A stretch of DNA of 42,555 bases from an uncultured Clostridia bacterium (lineage in GTDB: Bacteria; Aerophobota; Aerophobia; Aerophobales; B3-G15). Positions 7,546-16,698 of the stretch are shown one piece after another; within the stretch, counting starts at the first letter, position 1, and each line of letters begins with the position of its first letter. Made by a program: the position numbers and the translations under genes. The DNA is taken from the NCBI GenBank assembly GCA_964422215.1, contig CAYRAK010000001.1, forward strand, positions 1 to 42,555, in the 5' to 3' direction. Under the pieces are notes generated by a model. That model worked only from the letters and a program-made list of their open reading frames with translations, was not told the DNA's origin and did no database searches.

Positions 7546-9105
7546 ATGGAAAAAATTGTCATAGACCCTGTTACAAGAATTGAAGGACACCTTAAGGTCG
7601 AGGTTACGATAGATAACGGCGAAGTTAAAGATGCTAGGGTAAGTGGAACTCTTTTTAGAGGTTGGGAGATCATCTTAGGAGGAAGAGATCCTAGGGATGC
7701 TTCTCAAATTACTCAACGTGTCTGTGGAGTGTGCCCTGCTGCTCATGCAACAGCATCTTGCTTTGCTTTGGATAATGCCTTCGGGATAGAAAGCCTAATA
7801 ACTGATAATGCAAGGATTATCAGAAATCTTATCTTGGGTGCAAATTTTCTTCAATCTCACATTCTCCACTTTTACCATCTTGCATCACTTGATTTTTTTG
7901 ATGTAACAAAAGTTTCCAGTTACGAAGGAGATGATCCTGATCTTCTCTCCTTGAAAAAATTTCTTGGAAGAGATAAGCTCGCTCCTTTTGCTCCCAGATA
8001 CGAAGGAGATTACAGACTTGATAAAAAAACAAATCAAAACTTTGCTTCTCATTATATTAAAGCTTTGCAAATAAGAAAAAAATGTCATGAAATGCTTGCC
8101 ATATTTGGAGGGAAAATGCCCCATAATGTAGGAATGGTTGCAGGAGGAGTAACCGAAAGACCAACTTCAGATAAGATAGCATCTTTTCTTTGGCGATTAA
8201 ATGAGATAAGGGAATTTATCGATAATGTTTATCTTCCAGATGTTTTAGCTCTGACCAAATTTTATGAGGACCACCTTTATGCAGGGTCATCCTCTAGCAG
8301 TTTCCTCTCTTATGGAGCTTTCATTCTTGATAATTCTGAAATTGACCAAACAAAGCAGAACCGTCTTTTTCTGCAAGGAGTAGTAAATCAAAACCTAACC
8401 TATGAGTCACTTAATACTGACAATATTTCCGAATATGTGAAATACAGTTGGTACGCTCAGGATAAATCAAGCCTCCATCCAACAGAGGGTAAAACAGAGC
8501 CAAATGAAGAAAAGAAAAATGGTTATTCTTGGATTAAAGCTCCTCGATATAAGGAAATGCCCTGTGAGGTAGGTCCTGCAGCGAGAATGATAGTTGGATA
8601 CTGTGGAGGAAAGGAGCCTGTGAAAAAAGCTGTAGAAAATATTTTCTCATACATAAAAGGGGAAGTCAAGCTCTTTTCGTCCATTCTTGGAAGACATATT
8701 GCACGAGCAGTTGATGCAAAGCTTATAGCCGATAGTATGGCAACTTGGGTAACTCAGCTGAAAGTTGATGAGCCGGTATACGTTCCCTGCTCAATTCCTC
8801 CTGAAGCAGAGGGTGTAGGATTAACAGAGGCACCTAGAGGAGCACTTGGACATTGGATAAGAATAAAAGACAAACTAATAGATAATTACCAGCTTGTTGT
8901 TCCAACAACATGGAATGCTTCACCAAGAGATGATAAGGATGAGCCAGGACCTTTAGAGAAAGCTCTTTCTGGGCTAAAGATAAAGGATCCCAAAAATCCT
9001 TTTGAAATTGTACGATGTGTGCGTTCCTTTGATCCTTGTCTTGCCTGTGCTGTCCATCTTATTAATGCAAAAAAGAGGAAAATAGCTGAATTTAGAATAA
9101 ACTAG
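7546..9105 (+). CDS. [NiFe]-hydrogenase large subunit
   Basis: N-terminal PVTRIEGH and RVCGVCPAAH, C-terminal DPCLACAVH followed by a 15-aa extension. ATG 7546 was chosen (TAAtATG coupling, AAAGGAGAG RBS) over the track's 7444, which overlaps the small subunit. Confidence 0.9.
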   Translation: MEKIVIDPVTRIEGHLKVEVTIDNGEVKDARVSGTLFRGWEIILGGRDPRDASQITQRVCGVCPAAHATASCFALDNAFGIESLITDNARIIRNLILGANFLQSHILHFYHLASLDFFDVTKVSSYEGDDPDLLSLKKFLGRDKLAPFAPRYEGDYRLDKKTNQNFASHYIKALQIRKKCHEMLAIFGGKMPHNVGMVAGGVTERPTSDKIASFLWRLNEIREFIDNVYLPDVLALTKFYEDHLYAGSSSSSFLSYGAFILDNSEIDQTKQNRLFLQGVVNQNLTYESLNTDNISEYVKYSWYAQDKSSLHPTEGKTEPNEEKKNGYSWIKAPRYKEMPCEVGPAARMIVGYCGGKEPVKKAVENIFSYIKGEVKLFSSILGRHIARAVDAKLIADSMATWVTQLKVDEPVYVPCSIPPEAEGVGLTEAPRGALGHWIRIKDKLIDNYQLVVPTTWNASPRDDKDEPGPLEKALSGLKIKDPKNPFEIVRCVRSFDPCLACAVHLINAKKRKIAEFRIN

Positions 9106-9185
9106 CTTTTAAGAGGACTAAATTTTTCTTAACTAACGAACAAAGAATCAATCAAATGAAAGAGATAGAGAAGGGAGGATAAATT

Positions 9186-9878
9186 ATGCTTGTCTCTGAA
9201 AGAAAACCTTGGAATGAAATACTAGAGTCTTTAGCTGAAGATAAAAATGTTTTTATTATAGCCTGTGGAGGTTGCTCTGATGCTTGTCAAACTGGAGGAA
9301 AAAAGGGATTGGAGGAGCTTAAAAAGAAACTCTTAGAAGAAGGAAAAAAAATAACAGGGAGTTTTGTAGTTGATTTTGCTTGCAACAAAGTCTTAGTGGC
9401 TCTTAAACTTCAAAGATATACCCAGAGTCTTTATAGCTCAGATTCAATCCTTGTAAGTGCCTGTGGAATTGGAGTACAGGCAGTTGCAAATATGGTAGAT
9501 ATTCCTGTTCATCCTGCTGACAATACAGTTTATATGGGTGGATTTCCTGGAGTTTGGCCAGCAGATGAAAGATGCATCCAATGTGGTGACTGCAGACTAG
9601 ATGTAACAGGAGGTATATGCCCTTTTGCTAACTGTCCCAAGAATCTTTTAAATGGAGCCTGTGGTGGTTCAAATAAAGGGAAATGTGAAGTAGATCCTGA
9701 AAAGGATTGCGCTTGGGCAAAAATTTATGAAAGACTGAAGGAGATAGGAAAAGTTGATAATTTAAAAAAGATACATCCTCCTCGGAACTACAGTTTAATG
9801 CAACCTCCTGTTGAACGAAGAAACACTATATTCTGGTCCCTTGAATTTGAAGAAAAAGAAAAAGAGGGGGTAAAATGA
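9186..9878 (+). CDS. metV: MetV-type subunit (methylene-THF reductase C-terminal domain protein, Cys-rich)
   Basis: CPFANCPKNLLNGACGGSNKGKCEVDPEKDCAWAKIYERL matches the MTHFR_C-type signature. It overlaps the metF start by 4 nt. Confidence 0.85.
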   Translation: MLVSERKPWNEILESLAEDKNVFIIACGGCSDACQTGGKKGLEELKKKLLEEGKKITGSFVVDFACNKVLVALKLQRYTQSLYSSDSILVSACGIGVQAVANMVDIPVHPADNTVYMGGFPGVWPADERCIQCGDCRLDVTGGICPFANCPKNLLNGACGGSNKGKCEVDPEKDCAWAKIYERLKEIGKVDNLKKIHPPRNYSLMQPPVERRNTIFWSLEFEEKEKEGVK

Positions 9879-10750
9879 AACTGAGTGAACTTTTTAAAAA
9901 GGGAAAATTTGTTATCACCTCTGAGATCGGTCCTCCAAAAGGGACAAATGTAGAACCTTTGCTTAAGGAAGCAGAAGAACTTAAAGGAAAAGTAGATGCT
10001 ATAAATGTGACAGATATCCAAAGCTCAGTTATGAGATTAGGCTCTATGGCTGTGTGTAAACTTCTAAAGGATAGAGGGATAGAACCTGTATTTCAGCTCA
10101 CATGCAGAGATAGAAATAGACTTGCTTTACAATCAGATCTTCTTTCAGCCTATGTTTTGGGTATAGAAAATGTTCTTTGTCTCACCGGGGATCACACTGT
10201 CTTAGGAGACCATCCTCAATCAAAACCTGTCTTTGATCTTGACTCAGTAAACTTACTCCGTGCAGCGAAGACTTTATGTGAAGGAAAAGATATGGTAGGG
10301 AATAATCTAGATGGGTCTCCTGACTTTTGCCTGGGAGCAGTTGCGAACCCTGGGGCAGATCCACTTGAGCCTCAGATAATAAAAATGGAGGCAAAAGTTG
10401 AAGCAGGAGCTGAATTTTTTCAAACTCAAACCGTATACGATGTGAAACAATTTGAAAAATTTATCCGAGCAACAGAATATCTTAAAGTTCCTATCATGGT
10501 GGGAATAGTTATGCTCAAATCGGCTGGTATGGCACGATTTATGAATGCAAATGTTGCAGGTGTATATGTTCCAGATAAACTAATTAAAATAATGGCAAAA
10601 GCTTCCAAAGAAGAACGCCCAAAAAAAAGCATTGAAATAACCGCCTCCCTCATAAAAGAGATGAAAGGGATGTGTCAGGGAGTACATATTATGCCTTTGG
10701 GATGGGACAAATATGTCCCAGATGTTTTAGAGAAAGCAGGTTTAATTTAA
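9875..10750 (+). CDS. metF: Methylenetetrahydrofolate reductase, anaerobe/acetogen-type MetF
   Basis: FVITSEIGPPKG, INVTD, FQLTCRDRNR and LCLTGDH motifs, with the expected 291-aa length. Confidence 0.9.
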   Translation: MKLSELFKKGKFVITSEIGPPKGTNVEPLLKEAEELKGKVDAINVTDIQSSVMRLGSMAVCKLLKDRGIEPVFQLTCRDRNRLALQSDLLSAYVLGIENVLCLTGDHTVLGDHPQSKPVFDLDSVNLLRAAKTLCEGKDMVGNNLDGSPDFCLGAVANPGADPLEPQIIKMEAKVEAGAEFFQTQTVYDVKQFEKFIRATEYLKVPIMVGIVMLKSAGMARFMNANVAGVYVPDKLIKIMAKASKEERPKKSIEITASLIKEMKGMCQGVHIMPLGWDKYVPDVLEKAGLI

Positions 10751-10762
10751 TAAATCATAAGG

Positions 10763-10790
10763 GGGGCTAAATTAAGCCTCTCTTTTGTTT
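10763..10790 (+). terminator. Putative intrinsic terminator after metF
   Basis: GGGGCT-AAATTA-AGCCTC stem-loop (6 bp including one G-U) followed by TCTTTTGTTT. Confidence 0.45.
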
Positions 10791-10820
10791 GAGAAAAAAA
10801 TAAAAAGCTTCACCTTAAAG

Positions 10821-12569
10821 TTAACTGTAGGCTATTTGTTTGTATATTTCCCACAGTTTGATAGATACATCCTCTTGAAAGATGCTCTTTAGCCATTCAT
10901 TAGGAGAAAAAAGATCTGCAGGAGTAGAGCTAAGTTTTTCCCCCTCTTTTATAGAAAGAAGCTTTATTCTCTCGGAAGGAATATTTTTTTCTCTAAGTTC
11001 TCCTATGTATTCCTTTGAAGTGACAATAATGGCCTGCATTTGGCTATAGTACCAGCTAAAGTATCGCCATAGTACTCTTTTAAGACTACTACTTCCATCA
11101 AAGTATTGAATGAAACTTGAGAAGTTTCGATTATACACTCCAACAACAGGTAAGTTTAAAATTTTTGAGGTAAGAACTCCAGCAACTCCCATAGGACCTG
11201 GAGTTAAGGTATGAATCATGGTAAATTCCTTCTCCTCGCAATAAAAAAGTATCTCCAAAAGAGAGGGAATGTAAAGACGAATTTCGGGAAAAAGAGGAAA
11301 GGGAAAATTTGTCACCGAGGAAAAAACTTTTATTCCATTTGTGGAAAAATTTTCTTTTTTACTGCAACAGATAATCTCCATTTTTTCTTTTTTGGAAAGG
11401 GGTAAATTATCAGGTAGGGAAAAGGACAAAAAATTATCATTTATATCGACAAAAATAGCAACTTTTAAAGGCTCCTCTTGGTTAAGGTAATGTTTTTTTA
11501 CTCTCCAGAGAAAGTTTCTATCTTTATTTTGATAGGCAAGACCAAAAAGATAAGGAAAAAGTGCAGTATAAAGAGGGAGATTTTTATTAATCTTTCTCAC
11601 ACTTCTTACAGTGTGTAGAAAATGCATTCTTTTTGAAAAATGCCTTATAAAATAAGAAAGAAGAAAACCTTTAAAAAAGAGTGAGACTATTTTTTTTCTT
11701 TTAAAAAAAAGCTTTTCTAAAAACCTACCTTTTATTCTCCCAATAACTATATTATCGAAAATTCCAGAAATTTTTTTCCCTTTCAATCTATATTTGTAGA
11801 ACTTATACCCCGTCGCATAGATACTTCTTCCTATAGTTAGAGAAGTTCCGCTTTTTCCCCCAGGTTTAGATCTTCCCTCTTTTATGGAGATTAAAAAATC
11901 CTCTATTCCTTCTCCTTCTCCAACAGTATATGTTTCTCCAATGTAAAGACCACCATGGTCATCTGAACCACCCACCATAGATTTTTTCCAGGGTGTACTA
12001 GAAACGGGAGAGAGATTGTATCGATTGCTGAGTTCTTCAATTTTCTCTGGAGTAAGATTTTGGAGTATTTTCTCTAGAAGGCAATTATCCTTTTCTTTTT
12101 GAACACCATTTCGAACCTCAAAAACATCAAACAGAAGGAGCATTTTTTCCCAATTCTCAGGTTTAAGTTTTCCATTAACAGAAGAAAAAGGATGAGCTAC
12201 AAAATGAATTATTCTCTCAAGACTAAAATATCTTACAAGTTCGTAAATATTATCCTTTAGCCTCTGGATTTCCTCATGTTGTCTCTCATTTATATTGAGG
12301 GCAACAACATGAATTTGACATCCATCTTCAGGAAAAGTGACAGTAACCTCTTCACTAATAAAAACATCATCTAGATGAGCAATTTCCAATGCACCCAGAA
12401 TTGAGTCATGATCGGTAATGGTAACAAAATCCATTCCTCTTTTTTTGGCAATCCTGTAAACTTGCTTCGGAGGAGTGTAAGATTCTGAATGAATTATTGT
12501 TTTTAGCACACCTTTTTTAATCTCTGAGTACTCAGAGTGTACATGCAAATCTACCTTGCGCAGAGGCAT
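10821..12569 (-). CDS. PHP-domain metal-dependent phosphoesterase fused to the N-terminal half of a GT4-like glycosyltransferase
   Basis: N-terminus VDLHVHSEYSE...VTITDHDS...GGSDDHG (PHP motifs). The C-terminal ~150 aa resemble a Glyco_trans_4 N-domain but stop before the sugar-nucleotide-binding half. ATG 12569 is preferred over TTG 12584. Confidence 0.65.
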   Translation of the reverse strand: MPLRKVDLHVHSEYSEIKKGVLKTIIHSESYTPPKQVYRIAKKRGMDFVTITDHDSILGALEIAHLDDVFISEEVTVTFPEDGCQIHVVALNINERQHEEIQRLKDNIYELVRYFSLERIIHFVAHPFSSVNGKLKPENWEKMLLLFDVFEVRNGVQKEKDNCLLEKILQNLTPEKIEELSNRYNLSPVSSTPWKKSMVGGSDDHGGLYIGETYTVGEGEGIEDFLISIKEGRSKPGGKSGTSLTIGRSIYATGYKFYKYRLKGKKISGIFDNIVIGRIKGRFLEKLFFKRKKIVSLFFKGFLLSYFIRHFSKRMHFLHTVRSVRKINKNLPLYTALFPYLFGLAYQNKDRNFLWRVKKHYLNQEEPLKVAIFVDINDNFLSFSLPDNLPLSKKEKMEIICCSKKENFSTNGIKVFSSVTNFPFPLFPEIRLYIPSLLEILFYCEEKEFTMIHTLTPGPMGVAGVLTSKILNLPVVGVYNRNFSSFIQYFDGSSSLKRVLWRYFSWYYSQMQAIIVTSKEYIGELREKNIPSERIKLLSIKEGEKLSSTPADLFSPNEWLKSIFQEDVSIKLWEIYKQIAYS

Positions 12570-12588
12570 TCTCCTCACTCCCAAATGG

Positions 12589-13986
12589 TCAATTTGTCGA
12601 AGTTAAGCTTATCTTTTCCTGTTTAACACTCCTAAGAGAGGCCATCATTCTTTCCTTCATTCTTGAACAGGTTTTCCTGTGATGCAGATTAAAAATAAGG
12701 AGAGGAAGAGCATATTTCCATCTTCCTCCTGAAAATATTCCTAAAAGTCTCCTAAAAATGGATAATATACTGAGAGTTTTAACATATGCCCAGGCAAATC
12801 CTGCATCTAGTTCGGCGGGACTCATCTTCTTTGGTTTAAATACAACATGTCCACAGTCGTAATTGGACCAGTCCCTGTCAATAATTCTTCCTTGCTTTTC
12901 CAATTCTTCAGCAAGTTTTGTCCCTGGAAGAGGGGTAAGAATAGAATATTGAACTCCATCGAGCCTTGTCTTTACTGCAAAATCAACTGTTTTCTTAAAT
13001 ATGTCTTTATCATGCTCGTCCATCCCAAATATGAATGCTCCATGAATAAATATACCATACCGATGGAATCTATTTATCGCTTCCTTATAGAACTCGACTT
13101 TATTCTGAGATTTTCCTACTTCTTTCAGTGCCTCTTCTGACACGGTCTCCAATCCTACAAATAAGGCTTTGCAACCACTTTCTGCAGCCAGTCTCAAAAG
13201 TTCCTCATCATAGGCAGCATCTATGGAAGATTGACTCATCCATATTATCTTAAGTGGAATTAATGCCTTAAAAAGCTTCTTTGCGTACTTTTTATTACCC
13301 ATAATGTTATCATCCAAAAAAACAAACAAATTCTCTTTCAATCCCTTTCCTCTATTTGCTTTAATAAATTCAACTACTTTATCTATGGGGCGAAATCTTA
13401 TCTTTCTTCCAAAAAGTCGAGTTACAGAACAAAAGGAGCAATTATAAGGACAGCCCCTTGTAAGGTGAAGCACCTTTGTAGCAATGTATTTATCTTTTTT
13501 ATCCTTTTTTTCTAAAATATCCCAACGAGGAAAAGGAATTTTTGAGAGATCAGGAAAAGTTTCATTTTTGTAAATTTTTTTTAAATTATCCTTTCCTCCT
13601 TGTTTAAAATCATTTATTAGTTTCTCCCAGATGCCCTCTGCCTCTCCAATTACAATAGCATCAGCATGCTCCAGTCCCTCTTGGGGTAAAACTGAAACAT
13701 GAGGACCTCCCAACACTACAGGAACTTTTCTTTTTCTAAACTCATCAGCAATTTCATAGGCCCTGGGAGCAGTGGAGGTCATAGTGGTTATTCCCACAAG
13801 ATCAACTTTTTTCTCAAAATTAATAGATTCAATATTTTCATCTGTTAAACTTACTTCAATATCGTGCGGTGTCACTGCAGCTACATTGAGAAGCCCAAGG
13901 GGAGGCACTTTAAAAACCTTTCTTCTTTTGGCTCTTTTTGCCTGCACCTTATCAGTCCAAGTAGGGGCGATAAGCTCTATTTTCAT
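12589..13986 (-). CDS. B12-binding-domain radical SAM protein (class B)
   Basis: N-terminal Rossmann-like cobalamin-binding region (VDLVGITTMTS..VVLGGPH), then the CPYNCSFCS radical SAM cluster motif. Confidence 0.85.
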   Translation of the reverse strand: MKIELIAPTWTDKVQAKRAKRRKVFKVPPLGLLNVAAVTPHDIEVSLTDENIESINFEKKVDLVGITTMTSTAPRAYEIADEFRKRKVPVVLGGPHVSVLPQEGLEHADAIVIGEAEGIWEKLINDFKQGGKDNLKKIYKNETFPDLSKIPFPRWDILEKKDKKDKYIATKVLHLTRGCPYNCSFCSVTRLFGRKIRFRPIDKVVEFIKANRGKGLKENLFVFLDDNIMGNKKYAKKLFKALIPLKIIWMSQSSIDAAYDEELLRLAAESGCKALFVGLETVSEEALKEVGKSQNKVEFYKEAINRFHRYGIFIHGAFIFGMDEHDKDIFKKTVDFAVKTRLDGVQYSILTPLPGTKLAEELEKQGRIIDRDWSNYDCGHVVFKPKKMSPAELDAGFAWAYVKTLSILSIFRRLLGIFSGGRWKYALPLLIFNLHHRKTCSRMKERMMASLRSVKQEKISLTSTN

Positions 13987-14098
13987 TTACCTTTACTGCC
14001 TTTAAAATTATCTGCTGAAAAATTATACAGAGAAATTCCACTCCTGTCAATTTGCAATAGCTTTGACATAGAACTTTCTCTTTTTTATCTTTTCACTT

Positions 14099-14126
14099 TT
14101 GACAATCTTATTTTATACCCTAATAT
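14099..14126 (+). promoter_or_regulatory. Putative promoter for the glycerate kinase gene (TTGACA-16-TAATAT)
   Basis: TTGACA at 14099..14104 and TAATAT at 14121..14126. Confidence 0.35.
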
Positions 14127-14199
14127 TTAAAAATGATACTAGGGTTAGGACAATTTGTTTTTTTAATTTTAATATCAAAAAATCTCTCGAGGAGAGGAT

Positions 14200-15546
14200 T
14201 TGAGGAAGGAAGATAAAATTAGTAAATTTGAGAAAGATGCAAAGTTAATATTTTACGCTGGACTTGAGGCAGTTGAACCTTACAAAGCTGTGAAAAGATT
14301 TGTTAAAAGAAAAGATGGTATTTTAAAAATTGCGGATAAAGCCTACAACTTAAAAAAAATAAAGCGTGTTTTTATAATTGGGATTGGAAAAGCTGCATTT
14401 CCTATGACAAAAGCAATTGAGGAAGTTCTGGAAGATAGAGTCTCTGAGGGATACATTGTGGTAAAGTATGGATATGGTGGAAAACTTGACAAAATCAAAG
14501 TTCTTGAGGCATCTCATCCCATTCCGGATGAGGCGGGAATGATGGCGGCAGAAAAAATAATATCTCTTCTAAAAAAGACAAAGGAGAATGATCTTGTTAT
14601 ATGTCTTATTTCAGGTGGAGGATCGGCAATTTTGCCTGCACCAGTTGAAGGAATAACTCTTGAAGAAAAACAAAAGGTAACAAAGCTCCTTTTAGATTGC
14701 GGAGCTTCAATTAAAGAGATTAATACCATAAGAAAGCACCTTTCAAGATTAAAAGGAGGGCAACTTGCAAAACTTGCCTACCCTTCTTACCTTCATACTT
14801 TAATTCTTTCTGATGTTGTGGGAGATAGACTCGATACAATTGCTTCAGGTCCTACCGTTCCAGATTACACCACCTTTAAGGATTGTTGGGATATAGTAAA
14901 AAAATATCATCTTGAACCCCACATTCCCCCATCAGTTGTAAATCATTTTAAAAGAGGCCTTGAAGGGAAGGTGAAAGAGACGCCCAAACCTGGAGATCTT
15001 GCTTTTTGCAAAGTGGAAAATCTAATTGTGGGTAGCAACATTCTAGCCTTAAGGGCTGCCAAACAAAAGGCAGAAAGTCTTGGTTATAATACTTTTATTC
15101 TTTCCTCTTCGATTGAGGGAGAAACAAGAGAAGTAGCAAAGGTTCATATTGCGATAGCAAAGGAAATATTATCCTCTGGAAATCCCGTTTCTCCTCCCGC
15201 CTGTGTTCTTTCAGGTGGAGAGACAACGGTAAAAGTAAAAGGGAAAGGGAAAGGGGGAAGAAATCAAGAATTTTGTCTTGCAGCTTGTACTGAATTGGAA
15301 AACATGGAAGATGTTTTTATTTTAAGTGCAGGAACAGATGGAACAGATGGTCCAACTGATGCTGCAGGAGCATTTTGTTCATTTGAGACTCTCTCAAAAG
15401 CAAAAAAAGAAGGCATTATACCAGAAAAATTTTTGGACAATAATGACTCTTATAATTTCTTTAAAAAAATAGGAGGTCTTTTCATAACAGGTCCTACCAA
15501 TACAAACGTTATGGATCTTAGAATACTCCTTGTAGGAAGAAGATAA
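14200..15546 (+). CDS. Glycerate 2-kinase (DUF4147/MOFRL family)
   Basis: GIGKAA, ISGGGSA and SGGETTV..GKGGRNQE motifs typical of the TM1585-type glycerate kinase. TTG start after GGAGAGG. Confidence 0.85.
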   Translation: MRKEDKISKFEKDAKLIFYAGLEAVEPYKAVKRFVKRKDGILKIADKAYNLKKIKRVFIIGIGKAAFPMTKAIEEVLEDRVSEGYIVVKYGYGGKLDKIKVLEASHPIPDEAGMMAAEKIISLLKKTKENDLVICLISGGGSAILPAPVEGITLEEKQKVTKLLLDCGASIKEINTIRKHLSRLKGGQLAKLAYPSYLHTLILSDVVGDRLDTIASGPTVPDYTTFKDCWDIVKKYHLEPHIPPSVVNHFKRGLEGKVKETPKPGDLAFCKVENLIVGSNILALRAAKQKAESLGYNTFILSSSIEGETREVAKVHIAIAKEILSSGNPVSPPACVLSGGETTVKVKGKGKGGRNQEFCLAACTELENMEDVFILSAGTDGTDGPTDAAGAFCSFETLSKAKKEGIIPEKFLDNNDSYNFFKKIGGLFITGPTNTNVMDLRILLVGRR

Positions 15547-15598
15547 ATCGACATCCTGGTAAAAAACAGCCTTGAATTGATATAGACGGAAATTTTTC

Positions 15599-15630
15599 TT
15601 GACAAATAATCTATCATATGATAAAAAATT
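15599..15630 (+). promoter_or_regulatory. Putative promoter for oppD (TTGACA-17-TGaTAAAAA), containing the 10-bp palindrome ATCATATGAT
   Basis: TTGACA at 15599..15604. An extended -10-like TGATAAAAA follows 17 nt later. The palindrome is at 15614..15623. Confidence 0.3.
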
Positions 15631-15675
15631 TACCAGAAAGATGGTATTTAACACAATTTCAAATGGGAGGCAAGG

Positions 15676-16698
15676 GTGGTTTTTCTCTCTCAAGAAAAAA
15701 ATAGCCCTCTTTTAAAGATCAATAATCTCAAAACATACTTTTTCTTAGATGAGGGAACTTTAAAAGCAGTAGATGGAGTTGATCTTGAGATAAAAAAGGG
15801 GAAGACATTAGGGCTTGTAGGAGAATCTGGTTGTGGAAAAAGTGTTACTGCTTTTTCCATTCTAAGAATTATCTCTCCTCCTGGAAAACTTATAGAGGGT
15901 GATATCCTTCTTTACAGAGAAAACGGTGAGAAAAAATCTCCTTTAAATCTTGCAAAACTTTCCCCCTCAGGAGAGGAAATAAGGTCTATCAGAGGAAAAG
16001 AGATAACCATGATCTTTCAAGAACCTATGACTTCATTCTCTCCTGTCCACACAATAGGTGATCAGATAATGGAAGCAATTCTTTTGCATAGGACAAATGA
16101 TAAAAAGGAAGCAAGAGAGATAACCTTGGAAATGCTTGCCAAAGTTGGCATTCCTAACCCTGTCCAAAGGATAGATGAGTATCCTCATCAACTGTCAGGT
16201 GGAATGAGACAAAGAGCCATGATTGCCATGGCCTTATCCTGTAATCCCTCTCTTTTAATTGCAGATGAGCCAACAACAGCTTTAGACGTTACAGTGCAGG
16301 CTCAGGTCTTAGAACTTATGAAAGACCTGCAGGGTGAGTTTGGTATGTCTATTTTATTTATTACCCATGATCTTGGAGTTATCGCTGAGATGTCAGATGA
16401 AGTTGCAGTAATGTATCTTGGCAGGGTTGTGGAGGAAGCAAGTGTATATGATATATTCCACAACCCTTTACATCCTTATACAAAAGCTTTATTAAGATCT
16501 ATCCCGAAGGTTGGAAAGAAGGCAAGAGTGCGCTTGGAGTCAATCGAAGGAATAGTTCCTTTGCCTTTAGATCCACCTAAAGAGTGTAGTTTCTATAGCC
16601 GATGCAGAGAAAGAAAAGAAGGTATATGCAATAAGGATATACCCCCCCTAGTTGAGATAGAAAAAGGACATAAAGTGAGGTGTTTTCTTTATGAGTGA
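15676..16698 (+). CDS. oppD: Oligopeptide/dipeptide ABC transporter ATP-binding protein, OppD/DppD type
   Basis: Walker A GESGCGKS, signature LSGGMRQR, Walker [13 protein letters not shown], and the C-terminal oligopeptide-type Cys-rich extension. GTG start after GGGAGG. Confidence 0.9.
   Translation: MVFLSQEKNSPLLKINNLKTYFFLDEGTLKAVDGVDLEIKKGKTLGLVGESGCGKSVTAFSILRIISPPGKLIEGDILLYRENGEKKSPLNLAKLSPSGEEIRSIRGKEITMIFQEPMTSFSPVHTIGDQIMEAILLHRTNDKKEAREITLEMLAKVGIPNPVQRIDEYPHQLSGGMRQRAMIAMALSCNPSLLIADEPTTALDVTVQAQVLELMKDLQGEFGMSILFITHDLGVIAEMSDEVAVMYLGRVVEEASVYDIFHNPLHPYTKALLRSIPKVGKKARVRLESIEGIVPLPLDPPKECSFYSRCRERKEGICNKDIPPLVEIEKGHKVRCFLYE

Noticed and set aside
8900-9105. Possibility that the hydrogenase is a [NiFeSe] enzyme with an in-frame UGA
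   Set aside because: The C-terminal motif reads DPCLACAVH with Cys at the relevant position, and the frame has no internal stop.
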